A stretch of DNA of 64,000 nt from positions 10,524 to 74,523 of the forward strand of contig JAFZBK010000042.1 of assembly GCA_017561825.1 (NCBI GenBank). Direction: 5' to 3'. Positions 50,079 through 62,182 of this stretch are shown here, in pieces. The notes below the pieces were generated by a model, which was not told the origin of the DNA, made no database searches, and was given only the letters and a program-made list of their open reading frames with translations. Source of the DNA: Prevotella sp. (GTDB lineage: Bacteria; Bacteroidota; Bacteroidia; Bacteroidales; Bacteroidaceae). Position 1 is the first letter of the stretch. Every line of letters starts with the position of its first letter. Made by a program: the position numbers and the translations under genes.

Positions 50079-51281
50079 TTAATCTTCTGTGATCTGAACA
50101 GTTGCACGACGGTTGAAGTCAATCGGAGTCAGGATCTCAACACCACCGAAGTGAGCAGTTGTGATCTTCTCGGGCTTCACACCCATGTTGATCAACTCGT
50201 TCTTCACACGCTCTGCACGCTTGTCAGAGAGCCACATATTGTGCTCAGGAGTACCAGTAGCGCTGTCAGCATAACCCGTAACGAGGATGTTACGATCGTT
50301 CTCGATAGCGAACTTAGCAAGAGCCTTCACGTTTACGAGGTCCTTCAGCACAGCAATCTCTGTCTTGTTCAGGTTGAAGAATACAGAAATCGGAGTAGTG
50401 ATGAAGTCCTTTACGCTCTGAGTAACGATGGTCTCCACGGGCTCTGGAGCGGGCTGGTTGCGCAGACGCTCGATTTCAGCGTTTGCATCAGCGAGCTGTG
50501 CGTTCAGAGCATCGAGCTGAGCCTGACTGAGCTGCTTGATAGCATCAACATCAGGAACAGGATCCCAGTTTGTCTTTCCCAGGTTGTAGGTCAAACCCAC
50601 CTCAGCGGTGAACCAGTGGTCGTGGTTCTTCTGGTTGTGGCCACCCCATACATTACCTTCACCTTCGAAGTCGTCACCACAGATGTTGTAACTAAGGTCG
50701 AGGTTGAGTTTAAACTTGTCGTTCAGTCTCCAAGTGTTCTGGATACCAGTACTGATACCAAGCTCCCATGTATTGTATGAACAGTTACGTACGATGCCCA
50801 GACCTGCATAAGGAGTAACGTTCCATACACGAGTCTCGTTATAACCACAGAACAGGTTGCTCAAGTTCACCATGAACTGCTCCTGAAGGTTGAAGTACTT
50901 GATACCATTGCAATACTGATCGCCCGGAATTGACATCTCACCAAGACGTGCATCGCCATAGCCTTTGCCATACTTACCGATTACACTCTTTCCCCAAAAA
51001 CCAGAGAGCTTTGTACGCAGACCCAGAACCGGAGTGAAGCGCTTACCAACAGCAAATGACAAACCATAGCTGCGACGGAAGTGCTCTAACGGACTCTTTG
51101 CATAACCAAGAGATTTCTCTTCATTGGAGTAAAATGCTGTATAAGATGCGTTGGCCTCAACAAACCAGTTACTCCAGAAAGAATTCATCACGAATCCATC
51201 CTTCAACACAGGAGTCTCCTCCTGAGCCATTGCTGCTGTTGAAAAACTAACAACAGCAAGAAGCATTAAAATTTTTTTCAT
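50079..51281 (-). CDS. OmpA family outer membrane protein
   Basis: Signal peptide, SFWSNWFV barrel start, GYADSATG..HNMWLSDKRA..FNRRA. Confidence 0.92.
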   Translation of the reverse strand: MKKILMLLAVVSFSTAAMAQEETPVLKDGFVMNSFWSNWFVEANASYTAFYSNEEKSLGYAKSPLEHFRRSYGLSFAVGKRFTPVLGLRTKLSGFWGKSVIGKYGKGYGDARLGEMSIPGDQYCNGIKYFNLQEQFMVNLSNLFCGYNETRVWNVTPYAGLGIVRNCSYNTWELGISTGIQNTWRLNDKFKLNLDLSYNICGDDFEGEGNVWGGHNQKNHDHWFTAEVGLTYNLGKTNWDPVPDVDAIKQLSQAQLDALNAQLADANAEIERLRNQPAPEPVETIVTQSVKDFITTPISVFFNLNKTEIAVLKDLVNVKALAKFAIENDRNILVTGYADSATGTPEHNMWLSDKRAERVKNELINMGVKPEKITTAHFGGVEILTPIDFNRRATVQITED

Positions 51282-51449
51282 AAACCTGATATTTTAACTT
51301 CAATAATAATAAAATTCTTAAGAATCCAGTCTATTTGCGCACAAAGGTAACGTTTTTTTTTAATTCCACGATACTTTTTTTAAGAAAAAGTGCAATTAAA
51401 CTAAAAAAAATAAATAAAAAACCATTTTTAACCGCTTTTATGTCAAGAT

Positions 51450-53252
51450 TCAGAACAAATGCTCTATATCTTCCTGTTTTAAAATACTCAGCACAGGTTT
51501 CCCATCCGGCGTATAATTCACTTCTTTGCAAGCAAACAACTGATTAACGATTTCCTCCATTTCCTCATTGGAAAGGACTTGTCCTCTGGGGATGGCAGCA
51601 CAGCGGGCCAGACAAACGGCCAGGGCATGATGAATCTCTTCGCTCATGCTCTTTCCCTGTTCTACTGCAGAGGCGACCATTGACTGCACCAGATTCACCA
51701 TATTCACCCCATCAAGTCCAGTAGGAACAGCATTGATGGCATAGCTCCGATTACCCAAATCGGTCAGTTCAAACCCCAGATGTTCCATCTCAGGAATCAC
51801 CTTCTCAAGGACAACCACTTCTGATGGTGGAAACTGTACGACTTCAGGGAAAAGCATTTTCTGTGACGTGGAGGAATGGCTCTGGAACAGCTGCATATAC
51901 TGATCATATAAAATACGTACATGCGCGCGATGTTGGTCGATAATCATCAAGCCAGATTTCACCGCTGTCATGATATAACATCCTTTGTATTGATAGTGGA
52001 TAAACGACTTCTCCGAAACGACTTCTTGTTCCTCCTGTTGTGCTGGGAATAAAGCTGTTTGTTCAGGCTCCTGTCGTTCCAACCCTTCGTAGAGTTGCTC
52101 CCAATCCTTCACAGATGACTGCTTCCAAGTTGCCGTTTGTTGCTTGAACGGGTTATACTGAGGGTCAACACGTAAATGAGGTGTCCCAACATCGCCAATT
52201 GATGGATTGAATACGGGAATCTCTGGTTTGCCCACCGTATCGAAATCTATCGAGGGAACATCGTTGAACTTCCCTACAGCTTCCCTAACGGCTGCCATCA
52301 GGATTTGCCAGATAGTCTGCTCATTCTCAAACTTAATCTCTGTCTTTGTTGGATGGATATTCACATCGATATCCTCAGCGGGAACATCGAAGTAAATAAA
52401 GTAGGGTACTTGTTCCCCAGCAGGAACCAATCGTTCGAAAGCATTCTGCACAGCCTTATGAAAATATGGATGCTTCATGTAACGACCGTTGACGAAGAAG
52501 AACTGATACGCCCCCTTTTTCTTAGCCGACTCTGGCTTACCAACAAAACCAGAGATCTTGCATACTGTTGTCTCGACTTCCACGGGTAACAAGTCCTGGT
52601 TAACTTTCTTACCGAACACATCAATGATTCGCTGTCGTAAAGCACAAGGGCGCAGATTGAACAGTTCTGTACGATTACTATGAAACGTGAAACCGATCTG
52701 CGGATTCACCAATACGATACGTTCAAAGGCTGTCAGGATATTATTCAGCTCCGTAGCATTCGACTTCAAGAACTTCCTTCGGGCAGGAACATTGAAGAAG
52801 AGATTCTCTACCAAGAAGTTACTGCCCACAGGACAAGCCACGGGCTCTTGTCCTAGAACCTTACTGCCAGAAAGCGATAGGTGCGTACCCAACTCATCCT
52901 CAGCTTTCCTGGTCTTCAGTTCCACCTGTGCCACAGCAGCAATGCTCGCCAGAGCCTCACCGCGGAACCCCATGGTATGCAAGGCAAAGAGATCATCAGC
53001 CGAACGAATCTTCGATGTAGCATGTCGTTCGAAGGAAAGACGCGCATCTGTTTCAGACATACCCTTCCCGTCATCTATCACCTGAATAGACGTTCTACCA
53101 GCATCCACAACAATCACCTGGATATGCTGTGCACCTGCATCCACTGCATTCTCCACCAGTTCCTTGATTACTGAAGCCGGTCGTTGAATTACTTCACCGG
53201 CAGCAATCTGGTTGGCTACACTATCTGGTAAGACTTGTATGATATCTGACAT
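51450..53252 (-). CDS. mutL: DNA mismatch repair endonuclease MutL
   Basis: [54 protein letters not shown]. Confidence 0.96.
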   Translation of the reverse strand: MSDIIQVLPDSVANQIAAGEVIQRPASVIKELVENAVDAGAQHIQVIVVDAGRTSIQVIDDGKGMSETDARLSFERHATSKIRSADDLFALHTMGFRGEALASIAAVAQVELKTRKAEDELGTHLSLSGSKVLGQEPVACPVGSNFLVENLFFNVPARRKFLKSNATELNNILTAFERIVLVNPQIGFTFHSNRTELFNLRPCALRQRIIDVFGKKVNQDLLPVEVETTVCKISGFVGKPESAKKKGAYQFFFVNGRYMKHPYFHKAVQNAFERLVPAGEQVPYFIYFDVPAEDIDVNIHPTKTEIKFENEQTIWQILMAAVREAVGKFNDVPSIDFDTVGKPEIPVFNPSIGDVGTPHLRVDPQYNPFKQQTATWKQSSVKDWEQLYEGLERQEPEQTALFPAQQEEQEVVSEKSFIHYQYKGCYIMTAVKSGLMIIDQHRAHVRILYDQYMQLFQSHSSTSQKMLFPEVVQFPPSEVVVLEKVIPEMEHLGFELTDLGNRSYAINAVPTGLDGVNMVNLVQSMVASAVEQGKSMSEEIHHALAVCLARCAAIPRGQVLSNEEMEEIVNQLFACKEVNYTPDGKPVLSILKQEDIEHLF

Positions 53253-53254
53253 GC

Positions 53255-53548
53255 TCAATTGATTAAAACAACACCTATCACTATCAATATGATGATCAAC
53301 AACACCAGGAGTCCTGCATGTGTCTGCCATGTTCCTGTTTGTCGTTTTGAAATATGCTGACTCGTATGACTGGCTGCTTGCAGAAAGGAACCCTTTATCG
53401 TGGAGCCTGGCAACTGCTCCTTGTCCAGCAGTCCCAGTTCCTCCTTGGCCCGCATCTCAATTTCCTTAATGCGTTCTTTCCGTTCATTTACATACTGGTA
53501 AGGATGTGAGAAACGGCGGGGTTTAGGCTGCTTGAAGAATCCCAACAT
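53255..53548 (-). CDS. Small membrane-anchored hypothetical protein
   Basis: [13 protein letters not shown]-terminus and C-terminal TM; fills the operon gap. Confidence 0.7.
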   Translation of the reverse strand: MLGFFKQPKPRRFSHPYQYVNERKERIKEIEMRAKEELGLLDKEQLPGSTIKGSFLQAASHTSQHISKRQTGTWQTHAGLLVLLIIILIVIGVVLIN

Positions 53549-55296
53549 CACTCTTCCTCCTGTGATGCCTCTTCCATTTCCTGGGAAGTGTCAGGTGGAG
53601 GAGGCGGTTCCTGTTTGTTTTCAGAGAAATCCGACAGTTTCTGTAAGGGCGCAGCATGTCGTTCCAGGATTCTCATCTCTGATCCTCTGGCCTTACCGCG
53701 CCAATTGAAGATATCCTGTGGGTTCACAGGACGGACATAATCAAACCAGGCAAAATTGCGCAGTTTCATCTTTCCCGGCGGAACCTGTGTGATGGGATAG
53801 AGTGTACACTCCGCCGAAGGCATCCATATCTTATGAAGCTTACGGTCCTGCAAGTACATCCGCATCGTATCAGTCTCCGCATAGTTCAGACCGATAAACG
53901 AACTATCCTTGTCATCAATCGGATAATAGATGGTCTGCACATTCGAGATGGCATCACTTCGATAGACAGCCCCATCACGGAAATAGGCAAACATCTCTTT
54001 AGAGGAAACCTGATTGAAATGGTCCTTGTTGTCGATCTGCTCTACTGATAGTGCCTGACCGATGATATGAGCCCTATCAATGGTTGAATCCTTCATAAAC
54101 ACCTCAATCACCTCTCCCAACAGTTGTCTATTCTCATTCCATGTAATCGGATCCTTGTACATCACCATACAAGAGTCCTTGGTGTCATACACCAGTGAGT
54201 CGCACACCGCCTGTACATCCACCCGATACGCCCTCACCTTGTCGAAGCAATGGAACTTCCGCCATACAGAGTCTGTATCGATGTTATAGGTGTACATCTT
54301 GATGGAGTCGCCATGTACATATAAGGTATCTTTCTGCGAGTAATCCACGAGCTTGGCCCGTTTGGTTGCGTAGGCATAACCTGTCTTGTCGTTATACCAG
54401 AAATAGTCGCAGTACATCTTGTTCTTGTTCACCCTATCGGTATATATCACATTGCCGAATCCCTCACTGATACCACTTTTATCGTTATGATACAGACTAT
54501 CGCCTATTATTTCCTTCTCCTTATTGATAATTGTGGTTCTGCCAAATAGCTGCGCATTCTCCTTATTGGTATCATAATAACCGGATGTGGAACGGATCAC
54601 ACTCTCGCCTGAGGTGATGGTAGAAGGACCTACGATGTGTGCCACTGATGTCCTGGTATCATAATGCAGGGTATCGGTAGTGAGCAGGAACTTCGGATTC
54701 TTGAGGTTCACGTTGTAGTTGAAGATCGCCTCCCGCGAATCGGTATGATATTCACCCCAATCGCTGGTCAGCACATTCTTCTTGTCAATCATCTTTCCCC
54801 CCTCAAAGAAATAGCCGAAGCTATAGAGACGGTCATAATCCAAACTGTCCGTATAGAGTTTTGTGGCTCGGTGGGTAAGCACTACATTACGACGCGCCTT
54901 GGCAAACTGGTCATTCCCGTCGTAATAAGCATAGTCGCTGTTCAGTGTCAGCGTATCCCCCTGTCTCATCTTCACATGTCCGAAGGCCTCAAAGGAATTG
55001 GATGCTTCAAAGAAATAAGCGCTGTCACACGATAAGGTAGCACCTTTGTGCCTGAACTGCACCTTTCCCTTCAGAAACTGTGCATCGGGTTTGGGTCCAT
55101 AACGGTTATAGCTCAGTACGTTGGCATGAACAAGATAGATACGCTCATCCGTCTTTGCCCTGGGACGGCGTTTCTTTACTGGAGCCTGATGAGATTCAGC
55201 CAGACACAGACCGAACAGGCACAGCACCACAACAATCATGGTCCTGTGCCCGCTCAGCAAGTGTTCCAACCATCCTTTCATCTTCATTTGATCCAA
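53548..55296 (-). CDS. OstA-like (LptA/LptD-type beta-jellyroll) protein
   Basis: Repeated CDSAYF/TDSLDYD/TDTLHYD strands; conserved position in the guaB-surA-mutL operon. Confidence 0.8.
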   Translation of the reverse strand: MDQMKMKGWLEHLLSGHRTMIVVVLCLFGLCLAESHQAPVKKRRPRAKTDERIYLVHANVLSYNRYGPKPDAQFLKGKVQFRHKGATLSCDSAYFFEASNSFEAFGHVKMRQGDTLTLNSDYAYYDGNDQFAKARRNVVLTHRATKLYTDSLDYDRLYSFGYFFEGGKMIDKKNVLTSDWGEYHTDSREAIFNYNVNLKNPKFLLTTDTLHYDTRTSVAHIVGPSTITSGESVIRSTSGYYDTNKENAQLFGRTTIINKEKEIIGDSLYHNDKSGISEGFGNVIYTDRVNKNKMYCDYFWYNDKTGYAYATKRAKLVDYSQKDTLYVHGDSIKMYTYNIDTDSVWRKFHCFDKVRAYRVDVQAVCDSLVYDTKDSCMVMYKDPITWNENRQLLGEVIEVFMKDSTIDRAHIIGQALSVEQIDNKDHFNQVSSKEMFAYFRDGAVYRSDAISNVQTIYYPIDDKDSSFIGLNYAETDTMRMYLQDRKLHKIWMPSAECTLYPITQVPPGKMKLRNFAWFDYVRPVNPQDIFNWRGKARGSEMRILERHAAPLQKLSDFSENKQEPPPPPDTSQEMEEASQEEE

Positions 55297-56744
55297 CCCT
55301 CGTATTCAAACTGACAATCCTTGTAACGATCGTTCATCCTTACATAGATATTCTTCAGTTTTTCTTTCACCCATTCCTTCAGGTAGTCATCCCTGCGCTG
55401 AGCAAGCACAACGTTCTTCATGGTTTGGAAGTCCTCTGTAATCGTAGCACGATGTCCTTCCACCCTACTCTTCAGTTTAACGATGGCGCACACCGTCTTT
55501 CCTTTGGGGGTGATCATCTGGAAGGCCTGAGACACCTCACCCACCTTCAACGTATCCACCACGCGGGCCACATCAGTAGAGTATGCTGACAAGTCCTGCA
55601 TGCGGAACTTGGAGGTGGTGGTACGACCATCTTCCATTAAGTTTGCCATCAATCCTTTGCTACTCCTCGTATCCTTGTCATCCGACAAAGCCGTTGCTGC
55701 ATCCTCAAACGAGAACTTCCCTTCACGAATGTCAGCAGCAATAGAGTCAAGACGCTGCTTACCCTGTTCAATAGCCTCTGCTGTCACCTGCGGTTTCAGC
55801 AGGATATGGCGACATTTGATCTTGTCTCCACGTTTGTCAATCAGCTGGATGATATGGAAGCCGAACTCTGTTTCCACGATCTTGGAAATCTTGTTCGGGT
55901 CGGTCAGGTCGAAGGCCACATTGGCAAAAGTAGGATCAAGCATACCTCGTCCCATATAGTCCAACTCACCACCTTGACGAGCAGAGCCGGAATCCTCAGA
56001 ATAGAGTCGTGCAAGGGTAGCAAACGAAGTCTCTCCTCTTGTTACACGATCTGTATAGCTACGCAGCTCGTTCTTCACGCGGTTGATCTCCTCCTGTTCG
56101 ATACGCGGTGTCTTTGTCAGGATCTCCACTTCTACCTCTGTTGGAACAAAAGGAATGCTGTCTTCGGGCAGGTTATTGAAATACCTTCTCACATCAGCGG
56201 GTGAAACAGCGATATCCTCTACCAACTGCTGCTTCATCTTATCAATCATCAGACGGTCGCGCAATGTCTCGCGCATCTCCTGACGCATCTGTGTGATAGA
56301 CTGCTTACGATACTCCTCCAGTTTTTCACGACTGCCGATTCCTTGTATCCAACGGTTGAGGATGCGGTCAACCTCCTGCATAACTTCAGATTCCGTTACC
56401 TCCACACTATCGATGGCAGCCTGATGCAGATAGAGCTTCTGTAGGGCGAGCTGTTCAGGAATGGCGCAATCAGGATCTCCCTCCCATCGAATTCCCTCCT
56501 CTTCAGCCTGCAGGCGCATCGCTTCCACTTCCGACTTCAGTATCGGCTCATCACCTACTACCCATATCACCTCATCTATAATGCTTGATTCGGGGATGGA
56601 TACCACCTTGACAGGTCTTTGAATCGTTGTAGAGTCATTGTCTGTTGTCCATGTGCGGGCAGTACCAGGCAGGTTTGCATGGATACTCAAGCCCACCAAG
56701 GCGACACAAGCCGCCGACACAGCTATCTTCGTTGATACATTCAT
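55284..56744 (-). CDS. SurA-like parvulin peptidyl-prolyl isomerase
   Basis: IDEVIWVVGDEPILKS, FATLARLYSED..GGEL, ETEFGFHIIQL. Confidence 0.88.
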   Translation of the reverse strand: MNVSTKIAVSAACVALVGLSIHANLPGTARTWTTDNDSTTIQRPVKVVSIPESSIIDEVIWVVGDEPILKSEVEAMRLQAEEEGIRWEGDPDCAIPEQLALQKLYLHQAAIDSVEVTESEVMQEVDRILNRWIQGIGSREKLEEYRKQSITQMRQEMRETLRDRLMIDKMKQQLVEDIAVSPADVRRYFNNLPEDSIPFVPTEVEVEILTKTPRIEQEEINRVKNELRSYTDRVTRGETSFATLARLYSEDSGSARQGGELDYMGRGMLDPTFANVAFDLTDPNKISKIVETEFGFHIIQLIDKRGDKIKCRHILLKPQVTAEAIEQGKQRLDSIAADIREGKFSFEDAATALSDDKDTRSSKGLMANLMEDGRTTTSKFRMQDLSAYSTDVARVVDTLKVGEVSQAFQMITPKGKTVCAIVKLKSRVEGHRATITEDFQTMKNVVLAQRRDDYLKEWVKEKLKNIYVRMNDRYKDCQFEYEGWIK

Positions 56745-56768
56745 GTTCTTTCCTTTATCACTAATGGT

Positions 56769-58223
56769 CTAATGTTTATTGACCGTTTGCAATACCTCTT
56801 TGTTCACCACTACAGTGTAGCGTTTCCTGAGTTCTTCCACCCAGGCCTTCTCCAGCTCTTCCTGGTAGTCAGCCACCACAAGTGCACGCACATCCTGGTA
56901 CTCCTCAGGACCTTTCTTCAGCAACTTTCCAAATACAGCATCGATGGGATAGTCCTTCAGGGTTGTCACGGTGGTATCCTTCTTGAACACCATCTTGTCG
57001 ATTACAGAATTATCACCTTTCTTGAAGATACCCTTCTCCACGCGGATGCGGATGATGGAGTCGTTGTTGAACGTATTGCGCAATTTCTCTGCCCACTGAC
57101 TGAACGGCAGTCCTTTCACGCTCTTCTTCACGGCTTTCACGTCAGCCTTATCCTTTACGTGATAGGCGATACCCTTATAGCGCGGCTCGTCCCAGCTGTA
57201 TTTCTTCTTGTTCTTCAGGAAATAGTTCGCTAGTCCAAGTTCATCCTTGGCAGCCTTGTCCCATACGGTCTGGTTACTGATCTCATAGAGCAGCAAACCA
57301 TCGTGATACTCTTGGATCAGGTATTTTAAATCCATATCGTTGGCCGACATCTCAGCAGCCCGTTTCTCCAGTAGTTGTGCCTCAGTTACACCCTGCTGCT
57401 GAGCCATTTCCTTAATAACCTCATCAGCCACATGCTCACGACCTCCTCTACGCTCTATAAAGGCCAAAATATCTGTCTTCAGCGAATCGAAGGGCTCCAA
57501 CTGCTTGCGATCCTTCATGAGGATGATGTGATAGCCGTAAGGCGACTGGAACGGCTGACTCATCTCGCCTTTCTGGAGAGCGTAAGCCTGATCCTCGAAC
57601 TCTTTAACGGTCTGTCCTGGGCCGACCCATGGTAGCGTACCGCCATTCACGGCTGTACCAGGATCCTGAGAAAGTCGTTTGGCTAGATCTGCGAAGTCAG
57701 CTCCGTTTTTGAGTGCGTTATAGATAGAGTCGATACGTACCTTAGCCTTCTGCATCTCCTCGGCAGGAGCCTGCTGTTCCACGTGCATCAGAATATGGGC
57801 GGGCATGATCAGTCCCCTCGGACCGATATTTTCCTTGGTATTTTCATACACTCTCATTGCCTCGCGTAACATACCTTCATCAGTCGCGAACGAAGGTTTG
57901 ATCTGCTGATCGCGATACATGGCAAACTCATCCTTGAATGATGTCAGCGTATCCAGCTTTGCATCCATGGCTGCCTGTACCTTGAGCTTGTAGTTCACAA
58001 ACAGATCCACATATTCATCCACCGACTTCTTGTCAATCACGCCCTCAGAGTTGTTCTTGTTGTACGAATACTCAAACTCCGAACGTGGCACAGGCTTTCC
58101 ATTCACAGTCATGATTACTGGATCCTGCGCTAAAGCGGGGCTCATGAATAATAAACAAATAACAAATAGCAAAGTCCGCAAAGCACTTTGTCTAACTTTC
58201 TTATTCTTGGAAATCATACTCAT
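56769..58223 (-). CDS. PpiC-type peptidyl-prolyl isomerase
   Basis: AHILM, FADLAKRLSQDPGTAVNGGTL, SPYGYHII. Confidence 0.88.
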   Translation of the reverse strand: MSMISKNKKVRQSALRTLLFVICLLFMSPALAQDPVIMTVNGKPVPRSEFEYSYNKNNSEGVIDKKSVDEYVDLFVNYKLKVQAAMDAKLDTLTSFKDEFAMYRDQQIKPSFATDEGMLREAMRVYENTKENIGPRGLIMPAHILMHVEQQAPAEEMQKAKVRIDSIYNALKNGADFADLAKRLSQDPGTAVNGGTLPWVGPGQTVKEFEDQAYALQKGEMSQPFQSPYGYHIILMKDRKQLEPFDSLKTDILAFIERRGGREHVADEVIKEMAQQQGVTEAQLLEKRAAEMSANDMDLKYLIQEYHDGLLLYEISNQTVWDKAAKDELGLANYFLKNKKKYSWDEPRYKGIAYHVKDKADVKAVKKSVKGLPFSQWAEKLRNTFNNDSIIRIRVEKGIFKKGDNSVIDKMVFKKDTTVTTLKDYPIDAVFGKLLKKGPEEYQDVRALVVADYQEELEKAWVEELRKRYTVVVNKEVLQTVNKH

Positions 58224-58275
58224 CTTCCTTATTGATTATTTTGATGATATAATTATTCTTCTTTCGCGAAGAGCT

Positions 58276-59766
<1,491 letters not shown>

Positions 59767-59879
59767 CTACTTGAAAATTTATTGCGTGCAAAATTAGCAA
59801 TAAAAATCCACATAGCGCATCCTTTTCACGAAAAACTTACCTTATTAATACGATTTAACGCGAAAGACGGTTAACGACA

Positions 59880-61193
59880 TCAGCTTACCAGTCCTTGTGC
59901 CTTCATCTCCAAGTAGCGGTTGATGAGGTTGATGGAGAGATGATCAGGGGTGGTAAGTAGGGAGAGAATACCGTATTGTTTGAGGGTATTCACGATCAGT
60001 CGTTTCTCATAGGCGAACTTCTCAGCTATCACATGCTGGAATATCTCCTCAGTATTGTCTGCTGAAGTGGAAAGATACTCACGCAGCTCCACATCCTCGA
60101 AGAACACCACGAGGAGTCGGTGACGACGGTTGAGCTGTTGGAGGTAGGAAAGCTGACGGTTCAGACTGGCCATTCCCATGAAATTGGTGTAGAGCACGAG
60201 CAGACTCCGTTTGCCTATATGCTTGTTCACATGGGCGTAGAGCGCGGAGAAATCCGTCTCTCCAAAGGCTGTCTGTTGCGCATAGAGCGCCTCCTGCATA
60301 GTCTGCATATGTCCCGACTGTCGTGAGGCTGGCACGAAGGAATCAAAGGAATCGGCAAAAGTTATTAATCCCGCTTTATCCTCCTTCCGTATGGCCACAT
60401 ACGAGAGCACCAGTGAGGCATTGATGGCATAGTCGAGCAGCGTCATCCCTTGGAAGGCCTGCTGCATCACACGTCCTTTGTCGATCACGCTATATACCTG
60501 TTGTGAGCGTTCATCTTGATACACGTTCACCATCAGCTGATGCTTTCGCGCCGTAGCGCGCCAGTTGATGGTACGGTAGTCATCACCCTGTACATAATCC
60601 TTGATCTGCTCAAACTCCGTATGATTACCTACCCTGCGGATACGTTTGATACCCGTTTCCGTAAGGTTCTGATGAATGGCCATCAGCTCGTATTGGCGCA
60701 GCATCAAGTAAGAAGGATACACCTTCACCTCGATGGGCTCGCCACAGGTAAAGCGTCGTTGCACCAAACCCAAAAGTGTGGTGGCGAACACCCTTATCCT
60801 GCCGAAGGAATAGACGCCCCTGCTGACGGGTCTCAAGGAATAGCGAATCGTCTGTTCGCCGTTGGAAGGAACCTTTTCCTTGAAGCACACATCCCTACGT
60901 TGGAACACCACGGGCGCCTCATCAATCACCTCTATATGGACAGGAAAGCCGTAGTGGTTCATCACCTGCAACGTCACCTTATTCTCATCGCCGTTGGAGA
61001 ACCTGTCGGCACACAGACGCGAAGCCTCGATGCCCCTTCTGCTATACAGCACCACCACCTCAACCACTGTCAGGATAAGGAACACCAGTAGCAGCCACCG
61101 TCCTATATTGAACAGCGGTGCCACCAGATACCCTGCAGCAATCAGCAGGATCAGCAGGGTCAGCACGATATAAAACCTACGACTCAGGAACAT
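59880..61193 (-). CDS. DUF58 domain protein (MoxR-associated)
   Basis: EFEQIKDYVQGDDYRTINWRATAR, VIDKGRVM. Confidence 0.9.
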   Translation of the reverse strand: MFLSRRFYIVLTLLILLIAAGYLVAPLFNIGRWLLLVFLILTVVEVVVLYSRRGIEASRLCADRFSNGDENKVTLQVMNHYGFPVHIEVIDEAPVVFQRRDVCFKEKVPSNGEQTIRYSLRPVSRGVYSFGRIRVFATTLLGLVQRRFTCGEPIEVKVYPSYLMLRQYELMAIHQNLTETGIKRIRRVGNHTEFEQIKDYVQGDDYRTINWRATARKHQLMVNVYQDERSQQVYSVIDKGRVMQQAFQGMTLLDYAINASLVLSYVAIRKEDKAGLITFADSFDSFVPASRQSGHMQTMQEALYAQQTAFGETDFSALYAHVNKHIGKRSLLVLYTNFMGMASLNRQLSYLQQLNRRHRLLVVFFEDVELREYLSTSADNTEEIFQHVIAEKFAYEKRLIVNTLKQYGILSLLTTPDHLSINLINRYLEMKAQGLVS

Positions 61194-61210
61194 CTCTCAT
61201 TCCACATTCC

Positions 61211-62182
61211 TCATTTCGGCACTTCCACCTTGTTAATCAGTCGTTGCGCCACCTTCAGGGCAGTAAATCCCTCCATTTCAGCCTCAGCCGTGAGGATGAT
61301 GCGGTGCTGCAGCACGGAAGGAGTCACAAACTGGATGTCCTCTGGCGTCACGAAGTCGCGCCCTTGAATCATGGCCATGGCTTTGGCAGTCTGCAGGATA
61401 GCCACTGAGGCACGTGGCGAAGCCCCGAGGAACACCGCCTTGCTCGTACGCGTCTGCTGCACGATCAGGGCGATATAGCGAAGCAGTGACGGATCCACCA
61501 CCACCTGCTCCATCTGCTGACGCATGGCGAGCAGTTCCTGCTTGGTGATCACCGGATTGATCTGTTCCAAACGAGTCAGCGCACTATTGCGGTGATGACG
61601 CTCCAGGATCTCCACCTCCTCATCCAACGAAGGATAGCCCATGGTGATCTTCATCATGAAACGGTCGGTCTGCGCCTCAGGCAGCTTATACGTACCCTCC
61701 TGCTCCACTGGGTTCTGCGTGGCGAGGATCGTATAGACATCCCCCATACGATGACTCTTCCCATCGATGGTCACCTGTCGTTCCTCCATCACCTCGAAGA
61801 GGGCTGCCTGTGTCTTGGCAGGCGCACGGTTCACCTCATCCACCAGGACGATGTCTGCAAATACAGGACCCGGGTGGAAGTCAAATTCACCGCTTTTCAT
61901 GTTGAACACCGTTGTTCCCAGCACATCACTCGGCATCAGGTCGGGTGTGAACTGCACACGACTGAAGTCAGCATCCACCAGCTTGGCCACCAAGCGGGCC
62001 AGTAAGGTCTTGGCCACGCCAGGCACACCCTCGATGAGTACATGACCATTGGCGAGGATAGCCGTGAGCAACAGGTCAACCGTCTGCTCCTGTCCTACCA
62101 CCACCTGAGCGATGTTCTCTTTCAGTGTCCTCACCTTCTCTGCGAACTGGGTGAGGTCGGTTCTTGATTGGTTCTCTTCCAT
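61211..62182 (-). CDS. MoxR family AAA+ ATPase
   Basis: EGVPGVAKT, QFTPDLMPSD, DEVNRAPAKTQAAL, ATQNPVEQEGTY, GASPR. Confidence 0.95.
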   Translation of the reverse strand: MEENQSRTDLTQFAEKVRTLKENIAQVVVGQEQTVDLLLTAILANGHVLIEGVPGVAKTLLARLVAKLVDADFSRVQFTPDLMPSDVLGTTVFNMKSGEFDFHPGPVFADIVLVDEVNRAPAKTQAALFEVMEERQVTIDGKSHRMGDVYTILATQNPVEQEGTYKLPEAQTDRFMMKITMGYPSLDEEVEILERHHRNSALTRLEQINPVITKQELLAMRQQMEQVVVDPSLLRYIALIVQQTRTSKAVFLGASPRASVAILQTAKAMAMIQGRDFVTPEDIQFVTPSVLQHRIILTAEAEMEGFTALKVAQRLINKVEVPK

